This document shows positions 19,512 to 26,539 of a stretch of DNA of 64,000 bases, in pieces. A model generated the notes under the pieces. The model searched no databases. It was not told where the DNA came from and saw only the letters and a program-made list of their open reading frames with translations. Source of the stretch: Escherichia phage phiP4; the sequence record PP993145.1; one strand, 5' to 3'. Numbering within the stretch: position 1 is the stretch's first letter; each line of letters starts with the position of its first letter. The position numbers were made by a program, and so were the translations under genes.

Positions 19512-19548
19512 AGCTGCTCCTAAATTTAGCTATCTCTAGCTATTTTAA

Positions 19549-19624
19549 TGGTAGTTAGTAGTGGATTTGAACCACTGTAATCGCTCCGTATGAAGGAGGT
19601 GCATAACCGCTCTGCCAACTAACT
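19549..19624 (-). tRNA. tRNA-Met (anticodon CAT)
   Basis: Hand fold: 7-bp acceptor, T-arm, anticodon loop TTCATAC, encoded CCA. Confidence 0.65.
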
Positions 19625-19720
19625 ATTATGTTTTACTAGACTAAGTAAGTATTCTTTATACTCTTTAGTCCAATTAGCTTTTTTAAACTTTCCTGGACGC
19701 ATAGTCTTAATTCCTAAATT

Positions 19721-19797
19721 TGGTACTCCGGGAGGGATTTAAACCCCCGATCTCTCGGTTATCAGCCGAGTGCTTTAGATCGCTAAGCTACCGAAGT
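19721..19797 (-). tRNA. tRNA-Ile (anticodon GAT)
   Basis: Hand fold: acceptor with one G-U, anticodon loop CTGATAA, encoded CCA. Confidence 0.65.
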
Positions 19798-19798
19798 A

Positions 19799-20026
19799 TT
19801 AACATTTTACAGCAGAACGTTTGCCATTTCTAGGCGCACCTGGAAGTCGTGCACGTTCTGCCATTATTCGCTTAATCTTTGAGATATTTTCTAGTGTTTG
19901 TTTTTCAGGCTTAATACCTGAAACACTACACCACTGACTACCATCCCATGCGGTAATGATCATAACACCATTACTCATGATCTTTTCTGTGAAAGTAATC
20001 CTCATTATAGCAACTCGTCTAAGCAA
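19799..20026 (-). CDS. hypothetical protein (75 aa)
   Basis: ORF track. Confidence 0.4.
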   Translation of the reverse strand: MLRRVAIMRITFTEKIMSNGVMIITAWDGSQWCSVSGIKPEKQTLENISKIKRIMAERARLPGAPRNGKRSAVKC

Positions 20027-20298
20027 GAGGTATATTTAAGTTTACCATCTTTATCTACTTTGATTTCGACTTCCGCTCGTGGTACTTGACGAACTACACC
20101 ATGAATCATCTTATAGCGAATGCCTTTAGCTGGTTCATGCTCTTTTGGAAATACTTGCTTAACCGTTACTACCTTGAAACCCTCACGCGGTGTTAACACT
20201 ACTACTTGATCACCTTTTTTGATCTTCCAAGAGCTAGGAAATTCATAGGTATAGCGTTGACCACCAGTTTGGAACACAACAGAAAGATAACGTTTCAT
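20005..20298 (-). CDS. hypothetical protein (97 aa)
   Basis: ORF track; promoter 20329..20357 upstream. Confidence 0.5.
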   Translation of the reverse strand: MKRYLSVVFQTGGQRYTYEFPSSWKIKKGDQVVVLTPREGFKVVTVKQVFPKEHEPAKGIRYKMIHGVVRQVPRAEVEIKVDKDGKLKYTSCLDELL

Positions 20299-20328
20299 TT
20301 GGTTTCCCTCTCATTAATTTATATAAAT

Positions 20329-20357
20329 ATTATAACAAGAAATAAGAGAGAAAGCAA
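20329..20357 (-). promoter_or_regulatory. sigma70-type early promoter (TTGCTT-N17-TATAAT)
   Basis: Hexamers and spacer read directly. Confidence 0.6.
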
Positions 20358-20365
20358 ATGAATTT

Positions 20366-20533
20366 TTAATAGAGTTTAGTCACTTCATAAACTATACTAC
20401 GAGATTCTTTATTACGTTCTATTAAATTAGCGTATGCTTTTTCAGCTTCGTTTTTAGTATTAAAGTCTATAACGTGGGAGGTATTAGCTCTGTTTGATTG
20501 ACTATACCAGATAACTACTAGGAGTTTAAACAT
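20366..20533 (-). CDS. hypothetical small protein (track ORF 20366..20560 trimmed to an internal ATG)
   Basis: Track start would overlap the tRNA at 20548..20634. Confidence 0.35.
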   Translation of the reverse strand: MFKLLVVIWYSQSNRANTSHVIDFNTKNEAEKAYANLIERNKESRSIVYEVTKLY

Positions 20534-20547
20534 ACTAGTCCTTAAAT

Positions 20548-20634
20548 TGGTGCTGGGCACAGGATTCGAACCTGCAGTGGGATTACTCCTCCTGATTACA
20601 AATCAGGTGCATTCAACCATTCTGCCAACCCAGC
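20548..20634 (-). tRNA. tRNA with long variable arm; anticodon loop TTTGTAA, formally anticodon TGT (Thr)
   Basis: Hand fold: 7-bp acceptor, CCA, 3-bp D-stem, 15-nt variable arm; identity ambiguous. Confidence 0.5.
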
Positions 20635-20642
20635 AGAACCCG

Positions 20643-20807
20643 TTATTTCAACGGGATTTCTTTTTCAATAACAGGAGACTTATCAGTCATAACTGTCATT
20701 GCCATTTGTTGTAGAAATTCAAAGGTGAAGGCTACACGTTCTTCACCAATCTCTACTTCTACACGTTTCTTTTGTTTATCGATCTTGACTTTTAGGTTAT
20801 CAGCCAT
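20643..20807 (-). CDS. small hypothetical protein (about 54 aa, below track threshold)
   Basis: Hand-translated ORF between two tRNAs, overlapping the stop of 20800..21021. Confidence 0.35.
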   Translation of the reverse strand: MADNLKVKIDKQKKRVEVEIGEERVAFTFEFLQQMAMTVMTDKSPVIEKEIPLK

Positions 20808-21021
20808 CTTCGGGTTCTCGTTGCTGTGCTACTTCTAGCCAGTCTGGTAGAAGAAACTTTGTACGAAATTCTTCGTAAGTTTCTTTGGGATAAAAGCTAA
20901 AACCTCCTTTCTCATCATTCAGGATAACAGAGCCGTCCGTTTGTTCGTATGCTCGGTATGTTTCTCCAATAACAATAACTCGTTTATCGGTACTTTTATT
21001 ACGAAACTCAAAAACGTGCAT
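20800..21021 (-). CDS. hypothetical protein (73 aa)
   Basis: ORF track. Confidence 0.45.
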   Translation of the reverse strand: MHVFEFRNKSTDKRVIVIGETYRAYEQTDGSVILNDEKGGFSFYPKETYEEFRTKFLLPDWLEVAQQREPEDG

Positions 21022-21037
21022 AACGTTTCCTTAAAGT

Positions 21038-21113
21038 TGGAGCGGCTAGAGGGAATCGAACCCTACTCAGCGAGGCTTGGAAGGCCTGCGACACAACCCG
21101 TGTGCTTAACCGC
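21038..21113 (-). tRNA. tRNA-Gly (anticodon TCC)
   Basis: Hand fold: acceptor GCGGTTA/TAGCCGC, anticodon loop CTTCCAA, CCA. Confidence 0.6.
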
Positions 21114-21121
21114 TTATTATT

Positions 21122-21197
21122 TGGCTGGAGAAGGAGGAATCGAACCTACCATTAACGGAGTCAAAGGCCGTTGTGCTAACCGTTACACTACTCTCCA
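21122..21197 (-). tRNA. tRNA-Gln (anticodon TTG)
   Basis: Hand fold: anticodon loop CTTTGAC, CCA. Confidence 0.6.
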
Positions 21198-21203
21198 ATT
21201 GTT

Positions 21204-21279
21204 TGGCTGGGATGCCACGGATCGAACGTGGAACCTTCGGAGTCAGAGGCCGACGATCTGCCAATTGATCTACATCCCA
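21204..21279 (-). tRNA. tRNA-Gln (anticodon CTG)
   Basis: Hand fold: paralogous to previous tRNA, anticodon loop CTCTGAC, CCA. Confidence 0.6.
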
Positions 21280-21288
21280 AGAATGCTA

Positions 21289-21525
21289 TTAGCTAGATGC
21301 TGTTTCTACTGGCTGAGAAACAGCAGGCTGTTCTAACGTATCTGGTGCTGATACAGAGAAAAGAGCTTGTAATGCTGCAATATCACGCTCGTAAGTATCA
21401 ATACGAGTAGTAAGAGTATCTACCATCTGTTTATGGTAGGATAAGTTATTCTGAGATTCATCTCGAAGAGTTTGCAGTTCTGCAAGACGTGTTAACATAA
21501 TTTCACTAATTAAAGCATTACTCAT
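21289..21525 (-). CDS. hypothetical protein (78 aa)
   Basis: ORF track. Confidence 0.5.
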   Translation of the reverse strand: MSNALISEIMLTRLAELQTLRDESQNNLSYHKQMVDTLTTRIDTYERDIAALQALFSVSAPDTLEQPAVSQPVETASS

Positions 21526-21715
21526 TTGTTTCTCCTAAGTTTTCCTGTTCTTCTAAACGTTTGCCTTCATGATCTACTCGAATAACTCCGCATCCTTCGC
21601 AAATCACAACTGCACCATAACCTTCTTTGACCTCAGCTTCTGTAATCAAACCAGAAAGATCACCAGTATCTCTGCCCCACATATCAATGGAGCATTGTTT
21701 GCAGAAATCAGCCAT
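21518..21715 (-). CDS. hypothetical Cys-containing protein (65 aa)
   Basis: ORF track. Confidence 0.5.
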   Translation of the reverse strand: MADFCKQCSIDMWGRDTGDLSGLITEAEVKEGYGAVVICEGCGVIRVDHEGKRLEEQENLGETNE

Positions 21716-21740
21716 ATTTTATTTCCTATTTAAGTTAATT

Positions 21741-21817
21741 TGGGGTGGCTAGTGGAATTCGAATCCACATAGGCCTGATTCACAATCAGGATCATTAACC
21801 AATTATGATATAGCCAC
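21741..21817 (-). tRNA. tRNA-His (anticodon GTG)
   Basis: Hand fold: perfect acceptor GTGGCTA/TAGCCAC, anticodon loop TTGTGAA, CCA. Confidence 0.7.
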
Positions 21818-22186
21818 AATTGAAAACTCGCAGGGTTAGCGAAACCTTCCTCAATTAGCATGTTCTAGAATACTAATCAAGTTATCTCCTATTGCACGCA
21901 GCTCAAGACGAGTACGAATTTTCAATTGTGGCGGCTCTCAGAAACTCTTCTACTCTAGCTTTAGCAGCTTACTCCCGAACGCATGTCGGGGAAGTCTTAC
22001 CAAGAGCATCAAATAGCACCGTTACACTTTGAGCCATAGATGTATCAAGAAGCAGAAGGATTTGAACCTTCACGAGATAGACCAGTTATCTCAGCCGCTT
22101 TATGAGGTATGTTGCAGGGAGTGGATGTTCCCTATAAACCTTTTAGGCAGCCCCGTCTACCGATTCCGGCATACTTCAAGAATTTT

Positions 22187-22360
22187 TTATAAACCAGCAG
22201 AAGCCTCATTTAAAGCATCAACAATAGCTTCACGTTGGGTCATTCCATACCCGGTGGAATCTAGGTGTGGCAAATAAGCCATCCATCCCTTATCTGTTTC
22301 ATGAAGACATGCTTTAAATTTTTTACCATCCTTCATTGTTACAGTAACTGTTTTGCTCAT
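22187..22360 (-). CDS. small protein (57 aa) with HicB-like antitoxin fold signature
   Basis: Hand-translated MSKTVTVTMKDGKKFKACLHETDKGWMAYLPHLDSTGYGMTQREAIVDALNEASAGL; AAGGAA-type RBS. Confidence 0.4.
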   Translation of the reverse strand: MSKTVTVTMKDGKKFKACLHETDKGWMAYLPHLDSTGYGMTQREAIVDALNEASAGL

Positions 22361-22380
22361 AAGATTTCCTTATAGTTAAT

Positions 22381-22470
22381 TGGCAGAAGATAATGGAGTC
22401 GAACCATCACCGTATCGCTACAGCGGGCTGGTTTTCAAGACCAGTTACGTACCACTACGTCCTATCTTCT
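22381..22470 (-). tRNA. tRNA-Ser (anticodon TGA)
   Basis: Hand fold: class II, long variable arm, anticodon loop CTTGAAA, CCA. Confidence 0.65.
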
Positions 22471-22483
22471 AGTATTTATTATA

Positions 22484-22831
22484 CTAATAGTCACTCGTAC
22501 TAGTGAAGTTTTCTACTTTTCCACAGATTTTACAAGTCCTACGATGATAGTAGGTAATTTTTACTTTAGACCAGCCATCGTGATCATTACCTAGGTTTTC
22601 TGTTACTCCCCAAGTATGAGAACACTCATTTTCAATTTGCTTAGTAAGAGCGTTATAGCGAGTATAAAACTCCTCCTGAGCAATAGCAAATTCTTTCTGT
22701 AGTTTATCACGAGCAATAATAGCACGTTCCAGATATGTTAAATCAGGCATTCCAGCTTTTTCAGCAACATCTATAATCTTATCTTCATCTAAAGATGCTA
22801 AAAACTCTAGAGCTTTATCTTTTGTTAGCAT
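22484..22831 (-). CDS. hypothetical protein (115 aa)
   Basis: ORF track. Confidence 0.5.
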   Translation of the reverse strand: MLTKDKALEFLASLDEDKIIDVAEKAGMPDLTYLERAIIARDKLQKEFAIAQEEFYTRYNALTKQIENECSHTWGVTENLGNDHDGWSKVKITYYHRRTCKICGKVENFTSTSDY

Positions 22832-22850
22832 TATTATTACCTCAAGTGTT

Positions 22851-22941
22851 TGGCGGAAGAGGAGAGATTTGAACTCTCAAGCCGTTTTACCAGTCAGCCA
22901 CTTTCCAAGCGGTTTTCGTCACCAATTCGATTTGCTCTTCC
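22851..22941 (-). tRNA. tRNA-Ser (anticodon GGA)
   Basis: Hand fold: class II, long variable arm, anticodon loop TTGGAAA, CCA. Confidence 0.6.
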
Positions 22942-22974
22942 AATAATAAGATGATGCCTCTATCACACCAGGCA

Positions 22975-23053
22975 GTTACGCCTCGCTGGGATTCGAACCC
23001 ATTAAAACAGCTCAACCGAGATAGTAGGTTTAATTTACTCTGACCATCAAATT
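22975..23053 (-). pseudogene. tRNA-like remnant: T-arm (GGGTTCGAATCCC) with 3-prime acceptor half but no pairing 5-prime half
   Basis: The 13-mer GGGATTCGAACCC is duplicated 79 nt apart; no complementary acceptor strand found. Confidence 0.3.
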
Positions 23054-23130
23054 TGGTGCGTGACAAGGGATTCGAACCCTCAAAACCCGACTTCTAAGGA
23101 CGGTATGTATGCCAATTCCATCAATCACGC
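23054..23130 (-). tRNA. tRNA with Leu-type anticodon TAG but class I (short variable loop) architecture
   Basis: Hand fold: 7-bp acceptor GCGTGAT/GTCACGC, discriminator A, CCA, anticodon loop CTTAGAA, 5-nt variable loop. Confidence 0.5.
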
Positions 23131-23135
23131 ATATT

Positions 23136-23214
23136 TGGTGGAGAATAACGGAATCGAACCGTTCTGATGTCCTCGGTGCAAGCGAGGTGTCCACTCCATG
23201 CAGACCCATTCCCC
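23136..23214 (-). tRNA. tRNA-Ala (anticodon TGC)
   Basis: Hand fold: acceptor with G3:U70 pair, anticodon loop CTTGCAC, CCA. Confidence 0.65.
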
Positions 23215-23452
23215 AAATTCTTTAGTTTACTAAGGCTATTAGCTCGGCGTAACTACAGCACCTTCGCTTCGAGCGGAAGGAACTGCGTCATCTCGCAAAC
23301 CCAATACACTATTCAGTTGCCGCTGAATCTAGTGGACCAATCTAGAACTTCTCCCGAATCAGGGGGATCGTGCTTTTTGGCAGCCAGTCCTAGGTCGAGC
23401 TAATACCTTAGTGAACTATGATGAGGATTTCTCCTCATCAATTTATATAAAT

Positions 23453-23481
23453 ATTATAACAAGAAATTAAGCATCAAGCAA
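23453..23481 (-). promoter_or_regulatory. sigma70-type early promoter (TTGCTT-N17-TATAAT) upstream of a tRNA sub-cluster
   Basis: Hexamers and spacer read directly. Confidence 0.6.
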
Positions 23482-23500
23482 CTGCGTTTTTTCTTGAAAT

Positions 23501-23579
23501 TGGTAGATCGCCTGGGACTCGAACCCAGAACCTTCCGATTAAAAGTCGGATGCTACTAAACCTATTGAGCTAGCGATCT
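23501..23579 (-). tRNA. tRNA-Lys (anticodon TTT)
   Basis: Hand fold: perfect acceptor AGATCGC/GCGATCT, anticodon loop CTTTTAA, CCA. Confidence 0.7.
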
Positions 23580-23580
23580 A

Positions 23581-23748
23581 TTAGTAACCATTATACACTT
23601 CTTTAATAGAGTGGACTTTTAAGTAAGGGTGATTAGTACTAAACTCTACCATTACTTCATCCCAATTTTTACCATAATGAGCAAGTAAGGATTTTGATGT
23701 ATTCTTACCTAATCGTTTATCACTTACTACTAATCGAAATACTTTCAT
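23581..23748 (-). CDS. small hypothetical protein (about 55 aa, below track threshold)
   Basis: Hand-translated ORF between tRNA-Lys and the next tRNA. Confidence 0.35.
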   Translation of the reverse strand: MKVFRLVVSDKRLGKNTSKSLLAHYGKNWDEVMVEFSTNHPYLKVHSIKEVYNGY

Positions 23749-23768
23749 TTCGAAATCCTCTATTAAAA

Positions 23769-23846
23769 TGGAAGCGGGTGCAGGAATCGAACCTACCTCT
23801 TTCTAGCTTATGAGACTAGCGATCTCTACCAGAGATCTAACCCGCG
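23769..23846 (-). tRNA. tRNA with anticodon CAT (Met, initiator-like or Ile2)
   Basis: Hand fold: anticodon loop CTCATAA; position 1:72 unpaired (C/U), as in initiator tRNAs; CCA. Confidence 0.55.
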
Positions 23847-23852
23847 ATTATT

Positions 23853-23929
23853 TGGTCAGTGCGGCAGGACTCGAACCTGCGACCCGAAGCATCCAAGGCT
23901 CCCACGCTACCAACTGCGCTACGCACTGT
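23853..23929 (-). tRNA. tRNA-Pro (anticodon TGG)
   Basis: Hand fold: perfect acceptor CAGTGCG/CGCACTG, anticodon loop CTTGGAT, CCA. Confidence 0.7.
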
Positions 23930-24138
23930 TAATTTTTGTTAACTCACTTTATAAGATATATTATACAGAGAATTAAGCAGAATAGCAAATGAATTTTTAA
24001 TAAATTTACTTATTGTGTAGGCCACCTAGAGGCTATGAACCCCACGGCTGACAAAGAAGTTTGCGAGACTTCTCTTAAATGCCAGAATAGACCCGCCGAT
24101 CTATCGGAACCTACATAATAAGTAAACTTTATAGTGTC

Positions 24139-24258
24139 ATTCTAGACAGGACTCGAACCTGTTATCACTTGTGCGGACTTACGAGAACCATTCTTTCACT
24201 CGAATCGAACGAGCTTCTGCCCTCGCCAAGCTGGTTTCCCCATCAACCACGCTAGAAT
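24139..24258 (-). other. composite tRNA-like element (120 nt) with two T-arm hairpins and a D-arm-like hairpin
   Basis: Outer 7-bp acceptor-like pairing ATTCTAG/CTAGAAT spans 120 nt; no canonical anticodon arm found by hand. Confidence 0.3.
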
Positions 24259-24380
24259 GTTTGATTGTTTTCAGTGCAAGAGTCCGAGTCTTGGACACGA
24301 CCGCTTCGCAAGTACATAGGCAGCTTATCATGAGTCAGCACTTCCGAATTGCTAGCTCCGTGTTCTGCACTGAAATTTTA

Positions 24381-24728
24381 TTAGTTTAACCGTAAAGTAT
24401 TATCTACTTCACCATTAATTGTTCGGCATTCTTCTGGGATTGCCGGGGTAGCCTTATATTCCCACCACTCAGCACCATCATATTCCCCACGTTCTAACCA
24501 AGTTCCATCGGCAAACCATACATTACCATAAAGTAATTGTCCACCGTATCCAGAATCATATTCAAAGTCTAGGTTATTAAGAAAATCCTCAATATCTTCT
24601 TCTGTATAACCTAAAGGTAATACCCAAACTTTTTTATCCCCATAATACCCGAATTCTATTTTAATACACTTAACTTCAGAATTAGTATTTTTTAAGGCAA
24701 GTAACAACTCTTCTTTAGCATTACGCAT
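24381..24728 (-). CDS. hypothetical protein (115 aa)
   Basis: ORF track. Confidence 0.5.
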   Translation of the reverse strand: MRNAKEELLLALKNTNSEVKCIKIEFGYYGDKKVWVLPLGYTEEDIEDFLNNLDFEYDSGYGGQLLYGNVWFADGTWLERGEYDGAEWWEYKATPAIPEECRTINGEVDNTLRLN

Positions 24729-24753
24729 AATATATTCTCATACTGAATTAATT

Positions 24754-24830
24754 TGGCGCGACCGATGGGATTCGAACCCACATTCTCTCCCGTGACAGGG
24801 GAGTACCATTACCAAGCCAGCCCCGGTCGC
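24754..24830 (-). tRNA. tRNA-Asp (anticodon GTC)
   Basis: Hand fold: perfect acceptor GCGACCG/CGGTCGC, anticodon loop CTGTCAC, CCA. Confidence 0.7.
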
Positions 24831-24839
24831 ATGATCTGT

Positions 24840-25025
24840 TTATTCAGCTTTGAGTTTTTCAATAGCTGCATTAAGTTCTTTAAGAAACTCTTTTCGTACA
24901 TTAAGACGATTGAGACTTACTAGTATATCATGTTTAAGTTCTTCGATGTATTTCTTCTCAACTTCAATATTGTTGATAGTGCTATCACGATGAACTTCTA
25001 ACTGTGCAATTACATTCTTGGACAT
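24840..25025 (-). CDS. hypothetical coiled-coil protein (61 aa)
   Basis: ORF track. Confidence 0.4.
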   Translation of the reverse strand: MSKNVIAQLEVHRDSTINNIEVEKKYIEELKHDILVSLNRLNVRKEFLKELNAAIEKLKAE

Positions 25026-25052
25026 GCTTATTTCCTCAGTTATTAATGAAAA

Positions 25053-25125
25053 TGGTATCTGTGGCTGAATTCGATGTCAGCAATGATAGCTGGTTGGCTA
25101 CCGGTTTACTTAACTCTACACAGAA
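25053..25125 (-). other. non-canonical tRNA-like element (no U33 in candidate anticodon loop, 8-nt T-loop)
   Basis: 6-bp acceptor with encoded CCA; anticodon loop CAACCAG lacks U33. Confidence 0.3.
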
Positions 25126-25127
25126 TT

Positions 25128-25210
25128 TGGCGGGCCGTGTAGGATTCGAACCTACGTTGTCTTTCGACATGGATTAACAGTCCACCGCCAAACCGCTTGG
25201 CTAACGACCC
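25128..25210 (-). tRNA. tRNA with 13-nt variable arm and anticodon GTT (Asn as read; Tyr-like architecture)
   Basis: Hand fold: acceptor GGGTCGT/ACGGCCC, 3-bp D-stem, anticodon loop CTGTTAA, CCA. Confidence 0.5.
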
Positions 25211-25362
25211 TAAATTTATATTGCTGACTAGGATTTTCACCTAGACGGAGTTAGCACCGTAGCGTGTAGCGGCATACCTCTCCAAACCGTGCCTCATCTT
25301 TCAATTACGGAGACAGTGTTCCTACGCGTGCCTGAATTGATTTAACAATTCTTTCAGCAAAT

Positions 25363-25438
25363 TGGACGACCGCATGAGATTTGAACTCACATAAAAAGGA
25401 TTTGCAATCCTTCGCCTAAGCCATTCAGCCAACGGTCG
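25363..25438 (-). tRNA. tRNA-Cys (anticodon GCA)
   Basis: Hand fold: perfect anticodon stem AAGGA/TCCTT, loop TTGCAAA, CCA. Confidence 0.7.
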
Positions 25439-25505
25439 ATTTATTATCTTTCATAACGTGCAGCTACATGGTCGGAACCACAACACTTAAATCTAACTAA
25501 TCGTT

Positions 25506-25748
25506 TCATTTAACACGCTCCGGTAGATCTTCTAGTTTATATTCAGTAGCCACATTAGCAGCATCTAAAAGTAATCCCATGTGTTTAAGGATTTTAGTGA
25601 TAGATTCGCCTTTGGCTTCTTCTACGAAAGAACGTAGATGAACAAAGTCAATTCCACCGTCCATACCAGAGAAAATATTTAGTAAGCGAAGCATTACCAG
25701 CTTACGTTCATTCAATTCTTGTTCTGTCATGTTGCTTCTCCAGTTCAA
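25506..25748 (-). CDS. hypothetical protein (80 aa)
   Basis: ORF track; promoter 25760..25788 upstream. Confidence 0.5.
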   Translation of the reverse strand: MNWRSNMTEQELNERKLVMLRLLNIFSGMDGGIDFVHLRSFVEEAKGESITKILKHMGLLLDAANVATEYKLEDLPERVK

Positions 25749-25759
25749 TTTATATAATT

Positions 25760-25788
25760 ATTATACAGAACTTTTGGAAACTAAGCAA
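25760..25788 (-). promoter_or_regulatory. sigma70-type early promoter (TTGCTT-N17-TATAAT)
   Basis: Hexamers and spacer read directly. Confidence 0.6.
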
Positions 25789-26068
25789 CTACATTTTTTA
25801 AGAATTTGATGCCTTTCTTTTTCTTCTTATATTTCCACGTTAAGGGATTCTGTCGATTATGAACGCTTGAGATCTTCGTCTCGTCAAAGTTCTTCAATAT
25901 CATGTAATCACAAGATAATTGTTCTAGTGGAATGTGATCACCGTCAAAAGCGTATACATAAGGCTGTTGACTAGCACGATAATGATAGACTTTGTTAATT
26001 CTACGTTTCAGCGACTTATCCGCGCAGTAAATAAAGAAGTTTTCAGGATGCATCAGCAGCTCCTTCAA
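25781..26068 (-). CDS. hypothetical protein (95 aa)
   Basis: ORF track. Confidence 0.45.
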   Translation of the reverse strand: MKELLMHPENFFIYCADKSLKRRINKVYHYRASQQPYVYAFDGDHIPLEQLSCDYMILKNFDETKISSVHNRQNPLTWKYKKKKKGIKFLKNVVA

Positions 26069-26070
26069 TT

Positions 26071-26145
26071 TGGTGCACCCTGTTCGTATCGAACGAACCT
26101 CTCAAGCTCTTCAGGCAAGCGCTAATCCATCTCAGCTAAAGGTGC
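26071..26145 (-). tRNA. tRNA-Phe (anticodon GAA), weakly paired anticodon stem
   Basis: Hand fold: good acceptor and perfect T-arm; anticodon stem has two U-U mismatches; CCA. Confidence 0.45.
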
Positions 26146-26152
26146 AAATTTT

Positions 26153-26197
26153 TGGCAAACCTACTAGGACTCGAACCTAGACCGTACGGTTTTGGAG
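26153..26197 (-). other. minihelix-like element: T-arm plus acceptor-like stem with encoded CCA, no D or anticodon arm
   Basis: T-arm CTAGG-TTCGAGT-CCTAG followed by TAGGTTT-G-CCA; only a 5-bp partner 45 nt upstream. Confidence 0.25.
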
Positions 26198-26237
26198 ACC
26201 GACATGCTGTCCAGTAACACTCTAGGAATGCAGGAAT

Positions 26238-26314
26238 TGGCGTCCTGTGAGGGGATCGAACCCGCAAATCCTACCTTGAAAGGGTAGTGACTTTACCAGT
26301 TTGTCTAACAGGAC
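26238..26314 (-). tRNA. tRNA-Glu (anticodon TTC)
   Basis: Hand fold: perfect acceptor GTCCTGT/ACAGGAC, anticodon loop CTTTCAA, CCA. Confidence 0.65.
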
Positions 26315-26320
26315 TTAAAT

Positions 26321-26408
26321 TGGTGGGGAAAGATGGAGTCGAACCACCCGAGTCGCAATGACAACTGATTTACAGTCAGCTCTGCTACCACTTACAGAAT
26401 ATTTCCCC
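26321..26408 (-). tRNA. tRNA-Tyr (anticodon GTA)
   Basis: Hand fold: class II, acceptor GGGGAAA/TTTCCCC, anticodon loop CTGTAAA, CCA. Confidence 0.7.
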
Positions 26409-26487
26409 ATATTTAGAAGTATTCAAAAAATTCTCATTTAAACACTTTTAAATATGTTTCCAAATTAGATAAATATTATATCAAGTT

Positions 26488-26526
26488 TTATAGCACTGAG
26501 CAAGTCAAATTTTAAAGAACTTGCTC
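26488..26526 (-). terminator. 13-bp perfect hairpin (GCACTGAGCAAGT ... ACTTGCTCAGTGC), terminator-like, downstream of 26540..26815
   Basis: Perfect inverted repeat followed by A/U-rich sequence; overlaps a promoter-like -35. Confidence 0.4.
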
Positions 26527-26539
26527 AGTGCTGTATTAG

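Noticed and set aside
20941-21336. Plus-strand ORF of 131 aa
   Set aside because: It lies entirely over three well-formed minus-strand tRNA genes (Gly, Gln, Gln), so it is a chance open frame.
22029-22277. Plus-strand ORF of 82 aa, and a T-loop-like GGATTTGAACC motif at about 22058
   Set aside because: The ORF opposes the minus-strand small ORF 22187..22360, which has a proper RBS. The T-loop-like motif has no acceptor partner or anticodon arm, so no tRNA is called.
23167-23403. Plus-strand ORF of 78 aa
   Set aside because: It overlaps tRNA-Ala and the promoter-driven leader; it has no RBS and runs opposite to local transcription.
24171-24389. Plus-strand ORF of 72 aa
   Set aside because: It overlaps the composite tRNA-like element and has no RBS; all real genes nearby are on the minus strand.
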